Positions 17,119 to 25,327 of a stretch of 53,953 nucleotides of DNA are shown here, in pieces. This DNA is from a virus (taxonomy: Duplodnaviria; Caudoviricetes): IMG/VR virus record IMGVR_UViG_3300021138_001458, positions 1-53,953 of that record; one strand, written 5' to 3'. The notes beneath the pieces are model-generated. The model was not told where the DNA came from, did not search any database, and was given only the letters and a program-made list of their open reading frames with translations. The position numbers and the translations under genes were made by a program. Position 1 is the stretch's first letter; the number at the start of each line of letters is the position of its first letter.

Positions 17119-17239
17119 TATCCCAATCTATGTTAAATTGTTCAGGAGGTACACCACCTCTTTTCTTTTTTGCTTTCTGTACTCCAAGTACAAGTACTGC
17201 TACTACTAGTACTACTAATGTTAAAAATGCTACTGTCAT
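17105..17239 (-). CDS. small single-TM protein (44 aa)
   Basis: Read manually: MTVAFLTLVVLVVAVLVLGVQKAKKKRGGVPPEQFNIDWDNEVK*. Overlaps the Ser-rich tail of 17142..17405. Confidence 0.6.
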   Translation of the reverse strand: MTVAFLTLVVLVVAVLVLGVQKAKKKRGGVPPEQFNIDWDNEVK

Positions 17240-17405
17240 ATTTGTTTTTATTGTTTAATATTAATTCAGGATGTTCTTCTAATATTCTAGCAATAGCATA
17301 TACTATCTCTTTAGGTCCGAAATGAGTTTTCCATTCATATTCATCTGCTACTTTATCTACCCATTCCATGTAGAGCTTATATAGCTCTGTTTTATCTATT
17401 GTCAT
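17142..17405 (-). CDS. hypothetical protein
   Basis: ORF track. The C-terminal Ser-rich part is probably run-on over the next gene. Confidence 0.6.
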   Translation of the reverse strand: MTIDKTELYKLYMEWVDKVADEYEWKTHFGPKEIVYAIARILEEHPELILNNKNKYDSSIFNISSTSSSSTCTWSTESKKEKRWCTS

Positions 17406-17476
17406 ACTATACGTTTAAGGTCTTATAAATTATAGGAATATACACTATCCGGTAAATAATACTTGCTATCATAATT

Positions 17477-17507
17477 TAAAGATATGTTATTTATTTCGAT
17501 TTTCCAA
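17477..17507 (-). promoter_or_regulatory. Bacteroidota-type promoter
   Basis: TTTG ending at 17505, N20, TATCTTTA(17484-17477). Confidence 0.65.
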
Positions 17508-17526
17508 ATATTCGTAAGGGTTGACC

Positions 17527-18384
17527 TCAAAGAAATTTCCAGATAAACCCGTAGGCAGTTTTTTGTTTACCAGCGCAGCAATTGCTGATATTACCTTTGA
17601 TTCTATGAGAGGACTTATTAAATGCTATCTCAGCATCCTTAACACTTCTGTATGATCGTACTAAGTCTCCGGTAACTTTATCATACTGCCCGACCGGTTT
17701 TTTGACTTTTTCAGATGCTTTTTTTCTTCCTTCTGTAATATTTGCTTTTTTCTTTTCAGCTTTGGTTTCGTACATTTCTAAATCAGAGATACGCTCCTCT
17801 TTGTACTTCCACAAAAACCCTCCTGCTTTTTTCTGATATCCTCTTAAAACTCCGGCTATATTATTTATTCCTGTGTTTTTAAAGGCTTCTTGAATCGAAT
17901 AGTACTCCTGTACTGTTCTACTAGTTTCCGGATCTACTTGTAGCACTGCTCTTGCTCGTTTCATTCTTGTATCTTTACTTACAGTTTTACCTGTGTGTAC
18001 CTGTCTTATTTTAGCTATCTGCTCTACAGTGTGGTAGCTTTTGCCTTTGCGTGCTGATGACTGCTTATTACGTGTATCTAACGTAGTTACATAACCTACC
18101 CTTTGATCAGTCACGTACTTGCGAATGTTGTACTCAGGTTGATGAGTATCTATATAATACTGCTCTCTTTCTAAGAGTTCGCTTATAGTTACAAGTTCCA
18201 GTACTTCAAAAATAAACACATCCTTACCGTATTTACAGTATGCATTTTGTAGTATAGGACTATGATGCTTACCATTCCTTAAAGATCTCCAGTGCTCCAG
18301 CTCTCTACTTCTTAGGTTTCTAGTACTTCCTATATAAACCTTATTATTACATAAATCTCTAATTTGGTATATTCCAGATTTCAT
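17527..18384 (-). CDS. GIY-YIG homing endonuclease with NUMOD-like DNA-binding repeats
   Basis: GIYQI...VYIGST..R..EH, LLEREQYYID...YN; two C-terminal V.Q.D...Y.S..EA...I..C..G..K.A.GF.WK modules. Confidence 0.92.
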   Translation of the reverse strand: MKSGIYQIRDLCNNKVYIGSTRNLRSRELEHWRSLRNGKHHSPILQNAYCKYGKDVFIFEVLELVTISELLEREQYYIDTHQPEYNIRKYVTDQRVGYVTTLDTRNKQSSARKGKSYHTVEQIAKIRQVHTGKTVSKDTRMKRARAVLQVDPETSRTVQEYYSIQEAFKNTGINNIAGVLRGYQKKAGGFLWKYKEERISDLEMYETKAEKKKANITEGRKKASEKVKKPVGQYDKVTGDLVRSYRSVKDAEIAFNKSSHRIKGNISNCCAGKQKTAYGFIWKFL

Positions 18385-18386
18385 AC

Positions 18387-18413
18387 TCCACTATTTGATT
18401 ATAAATAGTTGGA
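18387..18413 (-). promoter_or_regulatory. late-type promoter (TATTTAT) embedded in an RBS-sequestering hairpin
   Basis: TCCA-A-CTATTT-ATAATC-AAATAG-TGGA, 2 nt before the ATG at 18384. Confidence 0.6.
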
Positions 18414-18424
18414 ATTACGAAAAG

Positions 18425-19183
18425 TTACACGGCAGTAGCCCTATCCCAAATAGTTACATGTAATCTATCAGTGAACCTAACTCCTTCCTTTATAGCTAAA
18501 TCAGCGGCTAATTCTCTAGTTTTACTCAACTCCTCCTGAGTTTGACCTTCCGGCATAATAACAATTTTATCTTTGCTGATAAATCCAGGCTGTATAAATG
18601 TTTCGTAGATTTCGTTCCAATCTTCTTTGCTGTTAACAACAAACTTAAAAATGGAGTTAGGCAAGCTTCCCATATACGTAAGTGTGAGCGGTTTAATTCT
18701 TACTCTCTCTTTCATTCCTGAGTTATCTAATTTCGGGCTATTGTTCCACCAGTCTACCAAATCTACAAAATCAGTTGATGGCATTAACACTGCTTCGTTC
18801 TCTACTTCAACGTATGGTTTGAAACCATATTTAGCTACAAACGCTTTTAAGAAAGCTATACACTCTTTCTCTTGCTTTAGAGGTGACCCACCTGTTAATA
18901 TTAAATGTTGACCTGACTTGAATCTCTCTACTAAATTGATTGATTCGAACAATTCAAAAACTTCATCGAAGGAGTATTCGTTACCTTCTGGCCATACGTC
19001 TATGGTATCGCACCATACACATTTTAAGGTACATCCCTGCAATCTTATAAATGTAGAGATAACCCCTGCATGTGGTCCTTCTCCTTGTATGGTATCTGAA
19101 AACATTTCAGATATTGCTAACTTGTTTTCACCTTCTACTTTCTTAGTAAAGGTGGGTTTTTGCTGTATTAATGTAACTGGCAT
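18425..19183 (-). CDS. queE: 7-carboxy-7-deazaguanine synthase (radical SAM)
   Basis: EMFSDTIQGEG, FIRLQGCTLKCVWCDT (CxxxCxxC), LTGG.P, SPKL, KFVV, MPEG and RLH motifs. Confidence 0.92.
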   Translation of the reverse strand: MPVTLIQQKPTFTKKVEGENKLAISEMFSDTIQGEGPHAGVISTFIRLQGCTLKCVWCDTIDVWPEGNEYSFDEVFELFESINLVERFKSGQHLILTGGSPLKQEKECIAFLKAFVAKYGFKPYVEVENEAVLMPSTDFVDLVDWWNNSPKLDNSGMKERVRIKPLTLTYMGSLPNSIFKFVVNSKEDWNEIYETFIQPGFISKDKIVIMPEGQTQEELSKTRELAADLAIKEGVRFTDRLHVTIWDRATAV

Positions 19184-19878
19184 GCGTTATTAATGTTTAA
19201 ATTTAATTTAATGAATTCCTCTTGAACTTCCAACTGATTTTTTGCATTGAAAGAGTACCTGAAGACTTTCCAACCTTGTGATCGTAGGTACTCATCTCGT
19301 TTAGCGTCTCTTTCAATAGCGTCTGGAAAGGAGTGCCAGTAGAATCCATCGTACTCAAAATCAAGTTTTAACTCTGGTACTGCTACGTCTAAATAATAAG
19401 TCTTACCTGGAGCTTTTATCTCGTATTCAATAACTGCAGTTGGAAATATATCTCTTATCTTTTCAAACAATAGTAACTGTCCTCTACTTATATTATTTCC
19501 TGTAAAAAACTTTCTAGGATTATCCTCCTTCCAAAATTTACTAGCTTTAGCTCTTTTCTTTGCAGCTACTTCCGGATCCATAAAATCCTCATACTTACGT
19601 CCTTTTAACGGGCTTACTTTTCCCTTGGTGGACCTACCTCCTTCTTTTTTCCCTTCTGCTTGATTTTCGATCGCTTTCTGCAAATCCTCGACTGTTCCAT
19701 GATCTTTAGTAAGCTGTTTTGCAGTTGGATAAGAGCAGAGAATTAAACCTTCGTCTTGCATTTTCTTAAAAGTCACTCCTTTCCAGATTAACGGTCTAAT
19801 TACAGTTTCGTAGTAAGCAACTCTTTGCTCTCCCATATAGTTTAACCTTCTCCAGTCCATTTTTTGAGTAAATTTCAT
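19168..19878 (-). CDS. Vsr/DUF559-like (PD-(D/E)xK) putative homing endonuclease
   Basis: C-terminal YYLDVA...FEYDGFYWH...ERDAKRDEYLRSQGWKVFR; N-terminal basic DNA-binding segment. Confidence 0.8.
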   Translation of the reverse strand: MKFTQKMDWRRLNYMGEQRVAYYETVIRPLIWKGVTFKKMQDEGLILCSYPTAKQLTKDHGTVEDLQKAIENQAEGKKEGGRSTKGKVSPLKGRKYEDFMDPEVAAKKRAKASKFWKEDNPRKFFTGNNISRGQLLLFEKIRDIFPTAVIEYEIKAPGKTYYLDVAVPELKLDFEYDGFYWHSFPDAIERDAKRDEYLRSQGWKVFRYSFNAKNQLEVQEEFIKLNLNINNACQLH

Positions 19879-19919
19879 ATCACTTTATTTATAATAAATA
19901 GTATCATTTTTACTCAAAA
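19862..19919 (-). promoter_or_regulatory. late-type promoter inside a start-codon-sequestering inverted repeat
   Basis: TTTTGAGTAAA (19919-19909) is complementary to TTTACTCAAAA (19872-19862, inside the CDS start); inner TATTTAT-T-ATAAATA. Confidence 0.65.
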
Positions 19920-19955
19920 CACCACTTACAAGCTATAGAAATACTATTTTACTCA

Positions 19956-20162
19956 TTACTTTTGCTTTTTACGTTTTAATTGCTTTTCAGCAACTGTGGT
20001 TTCTTCTACTACAGCGGGTGCTGTTACTTCTACTGTTACTCTAGTAGCCTTTTTCCATTCACTCTTAGACACATAATTCCATTTAGAACCTACCATTTGA
20101 AAGGCCTCTACATCGGTTACTCTCTTTATAGTACCGTCTGCTTTACTCTTAATACACTTCAT
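19956..20162 (-). CDS. small basic hypothetical protein
   Basis: ORF track; GGAGG upstream. Confidence 0.7.
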   Translation of the reverse strand: MKCIKSKADGTIKRVTDVEAFQMVGSKWNYVSKSEWKKATRVTVEVTAPAVVEETTVAEKQLKRKKQK

Positions 20163-20186
20163 AGTTTACCTCCATGTTTTAAATTA

Positions 20187-20459
20187 TTATTTACTTGCTG
20201 TTGCTCTCTTAGCTGCTATTTTAGCTTCATACCATTTAGTATCTGCCTCAATTGCTGCTCTGTTCTGATTATCGTTGAAGAATACTTCTAGGAACGGTCT
20301 GCGATAGAGATTTACGGTTCCTTTGTAGGTTTTTACTTCTACTTGCCTTGTCTGTATTGGCTCTTTTCTAATTGTAGCATATTTAGCTACTACAAAGCCT
20401 AAGGCTGGTCCTGCTGCACGACCTAGGTGGTCGTATAAAGAATAAAATTTGTCTTCCAT
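20187..20459 (-). CDS. hypothetical phage protein
   Basis: SLYDHLGRAAG...Y.G.V.LY pattern. Confidence 0.7.
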   Translation of the reverse strand: MEDKFYSLYDHLGRAAGPALGFVVAKYATIRKEPIQTRQVEVKTYKGTVNLYRRPFLEVFFNDNQNRAAIEADTKWYEAKIAAKRATASK

Positions 20460-20478
20460 AACGTATTATTTGCTTTTA

Positions 20479-21039
20479 TTAGTTTACTAATTTACGATCA
20501 TCATATTCAAAAATACCCTTATCTAAGGCGTACTGATTGACTTCTTTATGCCTTTCCTTGAACCAGTTAGCAGTTTCTACTGTAGAAATAGATTCTTGAC
20601 TGCATACTGTAGAGCAGTTCGGAGTTTCGTAGATGATCACTCTGTGGATACTCAAGTTCTTGTAGGGAGCAAATAGAACTTGCATTGCAAGAAACACCTC
20701 CTTAGCAATATTTTCTACTGATGGATTGCAGTACTCTCCAGCTCCGTTTAAAGACATTAGCCAATACTTGCTACCGTAGTTCTTGGTTGTTTGTATTAAC
20801 TCCATGTCTTTTGGATTAAGTAACATACCGTGATCCAGTACATCATCTATCCATTGACAGCCTACTCTCTTGATTTCCTTGAAGTCGATAGCATAGCCAA
20901 TTTCTTCCATTTCGTTAAATTCAAACTCCAGCTCATAGAGGTAAGTGTGTCCGTGTATATTGAAACACTTCATCCTCTCATTCATAACTCTGTGTCCTGA
21001 GTCAAAGGTTCCCTTACGGGTTACATACTGTTTTTTCAT
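20479..21039 (-). CDS. queD: 6-carboxy-5,6,7,8-tetrahydropterin synthase
   Basis: FDSGHR...KC.NIHGHTY (CxxxHGH), DFKEIK, LDH, NPSVENIA and YETP motifs. Confidence 0.92.
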   Translation of the reverse strand: MKKQYVTRKGTFDSGHRVMNERMKCFNIHGHTYLYELEFEFNEMEEIGYAIDFKEIKRVGCQWIDDVLDHGMLLNPKDMELIQTTKNYGSKYWLMSLNGAGEYCNPSVENIAKEVFLAMQVLFAPYKNLSIHRVIIYETPNCSTVCSQESISTVETANWFKERHKEVNQYALDKGIFEYDDRKLVN

Positions 21040-21042
21040 ATG

Positions 21043-21315
21043 CTATTTATTGCTTAATTTTGCTTGTGCTCTTTGTCTAACTAATAAACCTAGTTCTGCA
21101 TCATTAGGATGTGCATCAATTTCAAATAAATGTACTGGTAGGAATTCTTCGAAACTGTTCCAGAAGGCTTTTGCTGCTTCTTCTAGGGTAGCTCCGTCTT
21201 TTAGTTCAAGAATATTACCATCCTCTCCTACTTTTAGGAGAATATCACCTTCTGGTGTTCCTATTGCAAATAGGTAGTTATCTACTGCTTCTTGTGTTTG
21301 TTTAGCTTTTGCCAT
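21043..21315 (-). CDS. hypothetical protein
   Basis: ORF track; C-terminal HPNDAELG..VR motif. Confidence 0.7.
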   Translation of the reverse strand: MAKAKQTQEAVDNYLFAIGTPEGDILLKVGEDGNILELKDGATLEEAAKAFWNSFEEFLPVHLFEIDAHPNDAELGLLVRQRAQAKLSNK

Positions 21316-21343
21316 AATTAATTACTGTTTTATTTCTATAATA

Positions 21344-21538
21344 TTAAGACTCTTTTTCCAATCTAGCAACTTTATTTTCTAAAATAGTGTTATTTTTAAT
21401 TGCTCTTGGTTCATATGGACAATGACGACATCCATTACCACAACAGAATCCTCTTTCAGAAAGGTAAAGGGTAGTAAAAACTACCCTCCCTTCTTCTAAA
21501 TAATAATGTACTCCTTGTATAAAATCTCTCTTATCCAC
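21344..21538 (-). CDS. DUF5522-like cysteine-rich protein
   Basis: YY.E.GRVVFT..YL..RG.CCG.GCRHCPY. Confidence 0.8.
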   Translation of the reverse strand: MDKRDFIQGVHYYLEEGRVVFTTLYLSERGFCCGNGCRHCPYEPRAIKNNTILENKVARLEKES

Positions 21539-21542
21539 TGCT

Positions 21543-22568
21543 TTATACTATTTCGCATGCTCCACCAGCGCAAGCTGCTTCTGAGCGTAAGTCTGTGTTG
21601 TCTTGGTGCTCAGTTACCTGAGTTAGATCCAAGCCTGTTAAGCTCTGCATCATCTCCGTATACTTATCTTCTGTACAGTCCTCAAAAGGAGCTTGTATAT
21701 AGGTTCCTCCGTTATAAGGTAAAACTGATAATCCATTGTAGAATTTTCTATTCTCCCACATCCACTCTCCGACTTGCTTCCACTCTTCTGGTTTGATCGA
21801 GACAGTTGCTGATATGTTATGCGTATTTTGTCCAGTTCTGTGTCCAGGTTTAATCCAGCCTATATAGAAAAGTTTAACTCTCTCTAATAAATCAAGAGCT
21901 GATTCATGTCTTAGAATCGCACCTTGAGGGGCTTTTTGAGGAACTGAGATTACTGCTGTATCATGTGGACGGAAATATTCATCTTCTACTAGCTCTGGAT
22001 GAGCTGCTTTTAGGTAATCGTAGATTGCTTCGTTCTTACCTACTCTAATTCTTCTGATATAGTAGTCGTTATGCCAAGCATGGATACCTGAGGAGGTTCC
22101 TAGCGTTAGCGAAGAAGTTCCAGATGGTTTTATCGTAGTACATCTAGCTGCTGCATTAATACCTAACAACTTAGCTACTCTTTCATTTTCTTCTTTTACG
22201 ATTTCAGCTGCTTGTTTTAAGTCTAGTAGTTGAGCTTTTCCAGAACCAACTCCTGTCATTCCTACTCCAATTAGAGCATCTTTTTCGGTTGTACGTTGCC
22301 ATACTGGTCTTAGGTAGTGGAAGTTTGTGTAAGAAGCCTGTAAAGTACCGATAAAGGTAGCTGCTTTTACTCTTGCGTTTAGATCCTCTTGAGATTCAAC
22401 ATCGGATACATTTACTTCACATAGATTACAGAACTGAAAAGGACGCAAGGCGATTTCACAGTTATGCGCTAATATGTTGTTTGCAAAGAAGTTATGATTA
22501 TTCTCTACTTCTATATCATATACATCCTTCAATGCTTCTATAAACTCTATTGATACTAATCTTGCCAT
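21543..22568 (-). CDS. nrdJ: class II ribonucleotide reductase C-terminal part, fused to a C-intein (36 aa)
   Basis: VYDIEVENNHNFFANNILAHN|CEIALRPFQFCNL; TTIKPSGTSS; C-terminal ACAGGAC. Confidence 0.93.
   Translation of the reverse strand: MARLVSIEFIEALKDVYDIEVENNHNFFANNILAHNCEIALRPFQFCNLCEVNVSDVESQEDLNARVKAATFIGTLQASYTNFHYLRPVWQRTTEKDALIGVGMTGVGSGKAQLLDLKQAAEIVKEENERVAKLLGINAAARCTTIKPSGTSSLTLGTSSGIHAWHNDYYIRRIRVGKNEAIYDYLKAAHPELVEDEYFRPHDTAVISVPQKAPQGAILRHESALDLLERVKLFYIGWIKPGHRTGQNTHNISATVSIKPEEWKQVGEWMWENRKFYNGLSVLPYNGGTYIQAPFEDCTEDKYTEMMQSLTGLDLTQVTEHQDNTDLRSEAACAGGACEIV
22461..22568 (-). mobile_element. split intein C-fragment (Int-C, 36 aa)
   Basis: Block F VYDIEV..NHNF.AN, block G HN, and Cys at +1 (22458-22460). 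Confidence 0.92.
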
Positions 22569-22569
22569 T

Positions 22570-23367
22570 TTATTTTAATTTATGTTTATGTTTATGTGCT
22601 CCATAGTCCGGTATGTTTTTATAGGACCATGCTCGTAGACATTTACTGCTACAAAATTCTTTATTGCTTTTATACTTAGACTCAAAATCACTATTACATT
22701 CTTTACAGTTTTTACTCACTACTGGGTTACGCTGGCTGTTATAAGCTCTCCTCTGCTCGGAAATCCGCTGTCTCCTCTCAATGCCATCTTGCGTTTTAAA
22801 ATACTCTTTTTGTCGCTCGGAGTTGTGCTTTCGATAATCTTCAGTCTGTCTCAGCAATGCCTTCTGCCTTATAAGCTCTACTGTAGATGCCTTGTGCTTC
22901 TTACCATACATTGGATTATTCTCTCCACTAACATCCGAAATACGGTCATAAGTCTCTATAGATTTTTGAACCCAAGCCTCTACTTCTTTTTTGAGTTCGT
23001 ATTTAGCCACTATTCCTTGAAATTTCCAAACAACCTCGTAGTCGATTCCTATAGAATTAAAAAAATCTTTGTACGAAGCTAGGTACCGTAGAGCAGTGGC
23101 TTTATCATCCAGTCCTTTTATCTCTACTATTTTAGTAATCGTAGTATACGTAGAATCAAAGATAAAAAAATCTGGCTTATACCTAATTCCCCTAATATCG
23201 TAAGTGCAGCATTCTAACTTATACGGTATCTTCTCAGTATCTAGCATTCTAGCGTATATAAACTCAGCTTTGCTCCTTAAAAAGACCCTTTTATTGTCCC
23301 ACGTAGTATGGTAGCCGATATACCCTCTACTTCTACAAGTTCCCCTTTTTGCTCTTCCTCCACTCAT
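22570..23367 (-). CDS. free-standing putative homing endonuclease (PD-(D/E)xK-like, NUMOD3 and zinc-finger tail)
   Basis: RSKAE...YKPDFF...VEIKG; GENNPMYGKKH; CKEC...FCS..C. Lies between the two nrdJ halves. Confidence 0.8.
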   Translation of the reverse strand: MSGGRAKRGTCRSRGYIGYHTTWDNKRVFLRSKAEFIYARMLDTEKIPYKLECCTYDIRGIRYKPDFFIFDSTYTTITKIVEIKGLDDKATALRYLASYKDFFNSIGIDYEVVWKFQGIVAKYELKKEVEAWVQKSIETYDRISDVSGENNPMYGKKHKASTVELIRQKALLRQTEDYRKHNSERQKEYFKTQDGIERRQRISEQRRAYNSQRNPVVSKNCKECNSDFESKYKSNKEFCSSKCLRAWSYKNIPDYGAHKHKHKLK

Positions 23368-23376
23368 AGTTGATAA

Positions 23377-23427
23377 TGTTTTAGTGTTATATCTCTACTA
23401 TAAATAGTATGAAGTTGCACTAAAACA
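23377..23427 (-). promoter_or_regulatory. late-type promoter (TATTTAT 23406-23400) inside an inverted repeat
   Basis: TGTTTTAGTG / CACTAAAACA outer arms and TACTAT / ATAGTA inner arms. Confidence 0.6.
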
Positions 23428-23442
23428 CCGCTAACTTCAATG

Positions 23443-23766
23443 TTAAATCAAAGAAGGGTATACTATTATATCATCCTCATTTGTTAAGTTTTTACACTCA
23501 ACCCATCCTCTATTCGTAGTAAAAAATCGATGATCAGGGGTGCAGGTTACGGAGTAGCTTATACCGGCCTCTACTACTGTAAGCTTAACAACAACTGCAT
23601 CCTTTTTAGTAAGTTGCCCTGCTTTTACTGTATTTACTTCGATTTGACCAGTGCCTTCGTTAAACGTCTTTACCTTACAGGTCTGACCGTTATTTACAGC
23701 CTCTACTATTTCCTTAATTGACATCTTTCCAGATTCTGTTTCAATTAAAGTGTCCCCTACAAAGCA
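23443..23766 (-). mobile_element. split intein N-fragment (Int-N, 107 aa)
   Basis: Block A CFVGDTLI, block B CTPDHRF.T.RGW...L...D, then a stop codon. Confidence 0.92.
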
Positions 23767-24705
23767 ACATGGATTAGTTCCCCAATCTTTGTCGTTTGAA
23801 AAGTATATTCCTGGTTCACCAGCTCCACTTGCTTCAATTCTTTCCCATAAATCAAAGAAAAATTCCTCTGTAATCTTGTTTCTTAGTAGCACTGCAGAGT
23901 TGTTTGCACGACCTCTTTGTGGATTTAACTCCCACCAAGCTCCTGATTTAGCTGCAATCATATCCATATCATCTGCTGAGAATAGGCTGATTAAGGCAGC
24001 TCTTCTAATTCCTCCTGCAAGTACTGCATCTGCAATATGACAAACGATATCATGTACTTGAATAGGTGAAAGTTTCTCACTGTCTCGTTTGCTATCCAGA
24101 ATACTCTGTACTCTAGCTAAACAGTCCTTTAATGGTTGAGGTCCTGGTGCCTTACCTCCAGAAGTAATTAAGGCAGCTCCTTTTGGTCTAATGTCTGAGA
24201 AATCAAATACAATAGTTGATCCTCCTTCAAAGTACGACTTTAGTAATACCTTTACTGCATCTGCCCAACCTTCAATAGAATCTCCAATTAAGTATCTCCT
24301 AGTTCTGTCTGGGTTTGGTTTTCTGATTTCTGGTAGTTTTTCTATGTGATGCTTTTGCACTGAGTATCCAACCCCAGTTCCACCTAGCAACAAAAACATC
24401 GCCTCACCAAAAGCTCTCCAATCATCGATTGGTAAGTAGGCACAGTTATAAACTCTGTTTGGTGATATCTCAATTGACTTTCCTGCAAACTGCATTGAAC
24501 GCATGGAAGGTAAAGCCTTTCTTTCATAAACAAACTTATAAGCTTCTTCTATCTCTGCTTCTAACTGAGGAAACTTCTTCAGATGCATACTCTTATTCCT
24601 ATCAACTAACTCTTGCCAAGTCTCCCTACGTTCCATTAGCGGATTATACTTGGCATACTTCATGTGAACTGTTAAATCACTTAAAATGCTCTGTGAAATG
24701 TCCAT
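23443..24705 (-). CDS. nrdJ: class II ribonucleotide reductase N-terminal part, fused to an N-intein (107 aa)
   Basis: RETW, PSMRS, YNC, GTGVG, SGGKAPG, GGIRRAA and RANNS motifs; WGTNPC|CFVGDT...TPDHRF. Confidence 0.93.
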   Translation of the reverse strand: MDISQSILSDLTVHMKYAKYNPLMERRETWQELVDRNKSMHLKKFPQLEAEIEEAYKFVYERKALPSMRSMQFAGKSIEISPNRVYNCAYLPIDDWRAFGEAMFLLLGGTGVGYSVQKHHIEKLPEIRKPNPDRTRRYLIGDSIEGWADAVKVLLKSYFEGGSTIVFDFSDIRPKGAALITSGGKAPGPQPLKDCLARVQSILDSKRDSEKLSPIQVHDIVCHIADAVLAGGIRRAALISLFSADDMDMIAAKSGAWWELNPQRGRANNSAVLLRNKITEEFFFDLWERIEASGAGEPGIYFSNDKDWGTNPCCFVGDTLIETESGKMSIKEIVEAVNNGQTCKVKTFNEGTGQIEVNTVKAGQLTKKDAVVVKLTVVEAGISYSVTCTPDHRFFTTNRGWVECKNLTNEDDIIVYPSLI

Positions 24706-24790
24706 GTTTCTTCTGTGTTTTTAAATTTTAAAGATGAGGTTATCCTGCCCGTAGGCTGGTTACTCATAACTGTTTTAATAAATTAAGTAA

Positions 24791-25300
24791 TTAGTGTCCT
24801 ATTGGTAATGCGTAGCCACCATTTATGGTAGTACCATACAACACAAAGCCAAACCCAATCGTAGCTGTGTATCTCTGATCTGGTGATGGTGCTGAGGTTG
24901 TAGAGGCTGCTGTATTTGTATTTGGTACGGCGGTATCTATTGCAGCTAAGGCTACTGAAGTGACTGGTAGTTTTTCGTACTGGTTTGGGCCGAGTCTATT
25001 GACGTTGAAGACAGCATCTAGGTAGGTTGGACTATTAGCTGTTGAGCTTTGTAAATTTGAGGCACTGTTGGTTGCTGCGTTTATCTTCTGAGATTTATCT
25101 ACAAATAACTTGCTTGTATAGTTGTTATTACCGGTACCTGCAGTAGTAGGGATTCCTAAGGCAGTCAGATCTTTCGTTTTTAAAGCTGCTGATTCAAAGG
25201 TTCTGCTACTAACTCGTTGTCCGTAGTTAGCTTGTTTTGGATTTGCTGATATAGCTCCTCCGTTATAGTTAGTTCTTTTTAGTATGCCAATTAGACTCAT
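24791..25300 (-). CDS. hypothetical protein (Thr/Asn/Ala-rich, probably virion)
   Basis: ORF track; TATTTAT late-type motif at 25319-25325. Confidence 0.6.
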   Translation of the reverse strand: MSLIGILKRTNYNGGAISANPKQANYGQRVSSRTFESAALKTKDLTALGIPTTAGTGNNNYTSKLFVDKSQKINAATNSASNLQSSTANSPTYLDAVFNVNRLGPNQYEKLPVTSVALAAIDTAVPNTNTAASTTSAPSPDQRYTATIGFGFVLYGTTINGGYALPIGH

Positions 25301-25327
25301 ATCGATAGTTTTACTCTAATAAATAGT

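Noticed and set aside
22570-23442. Group I intron interrupting nrdJ
   Set aside because: The flanks are in-frame intein halves with their own stop and start codons, and the non-coding gaps (1 nt and 75 nt) are too short for an intron core.
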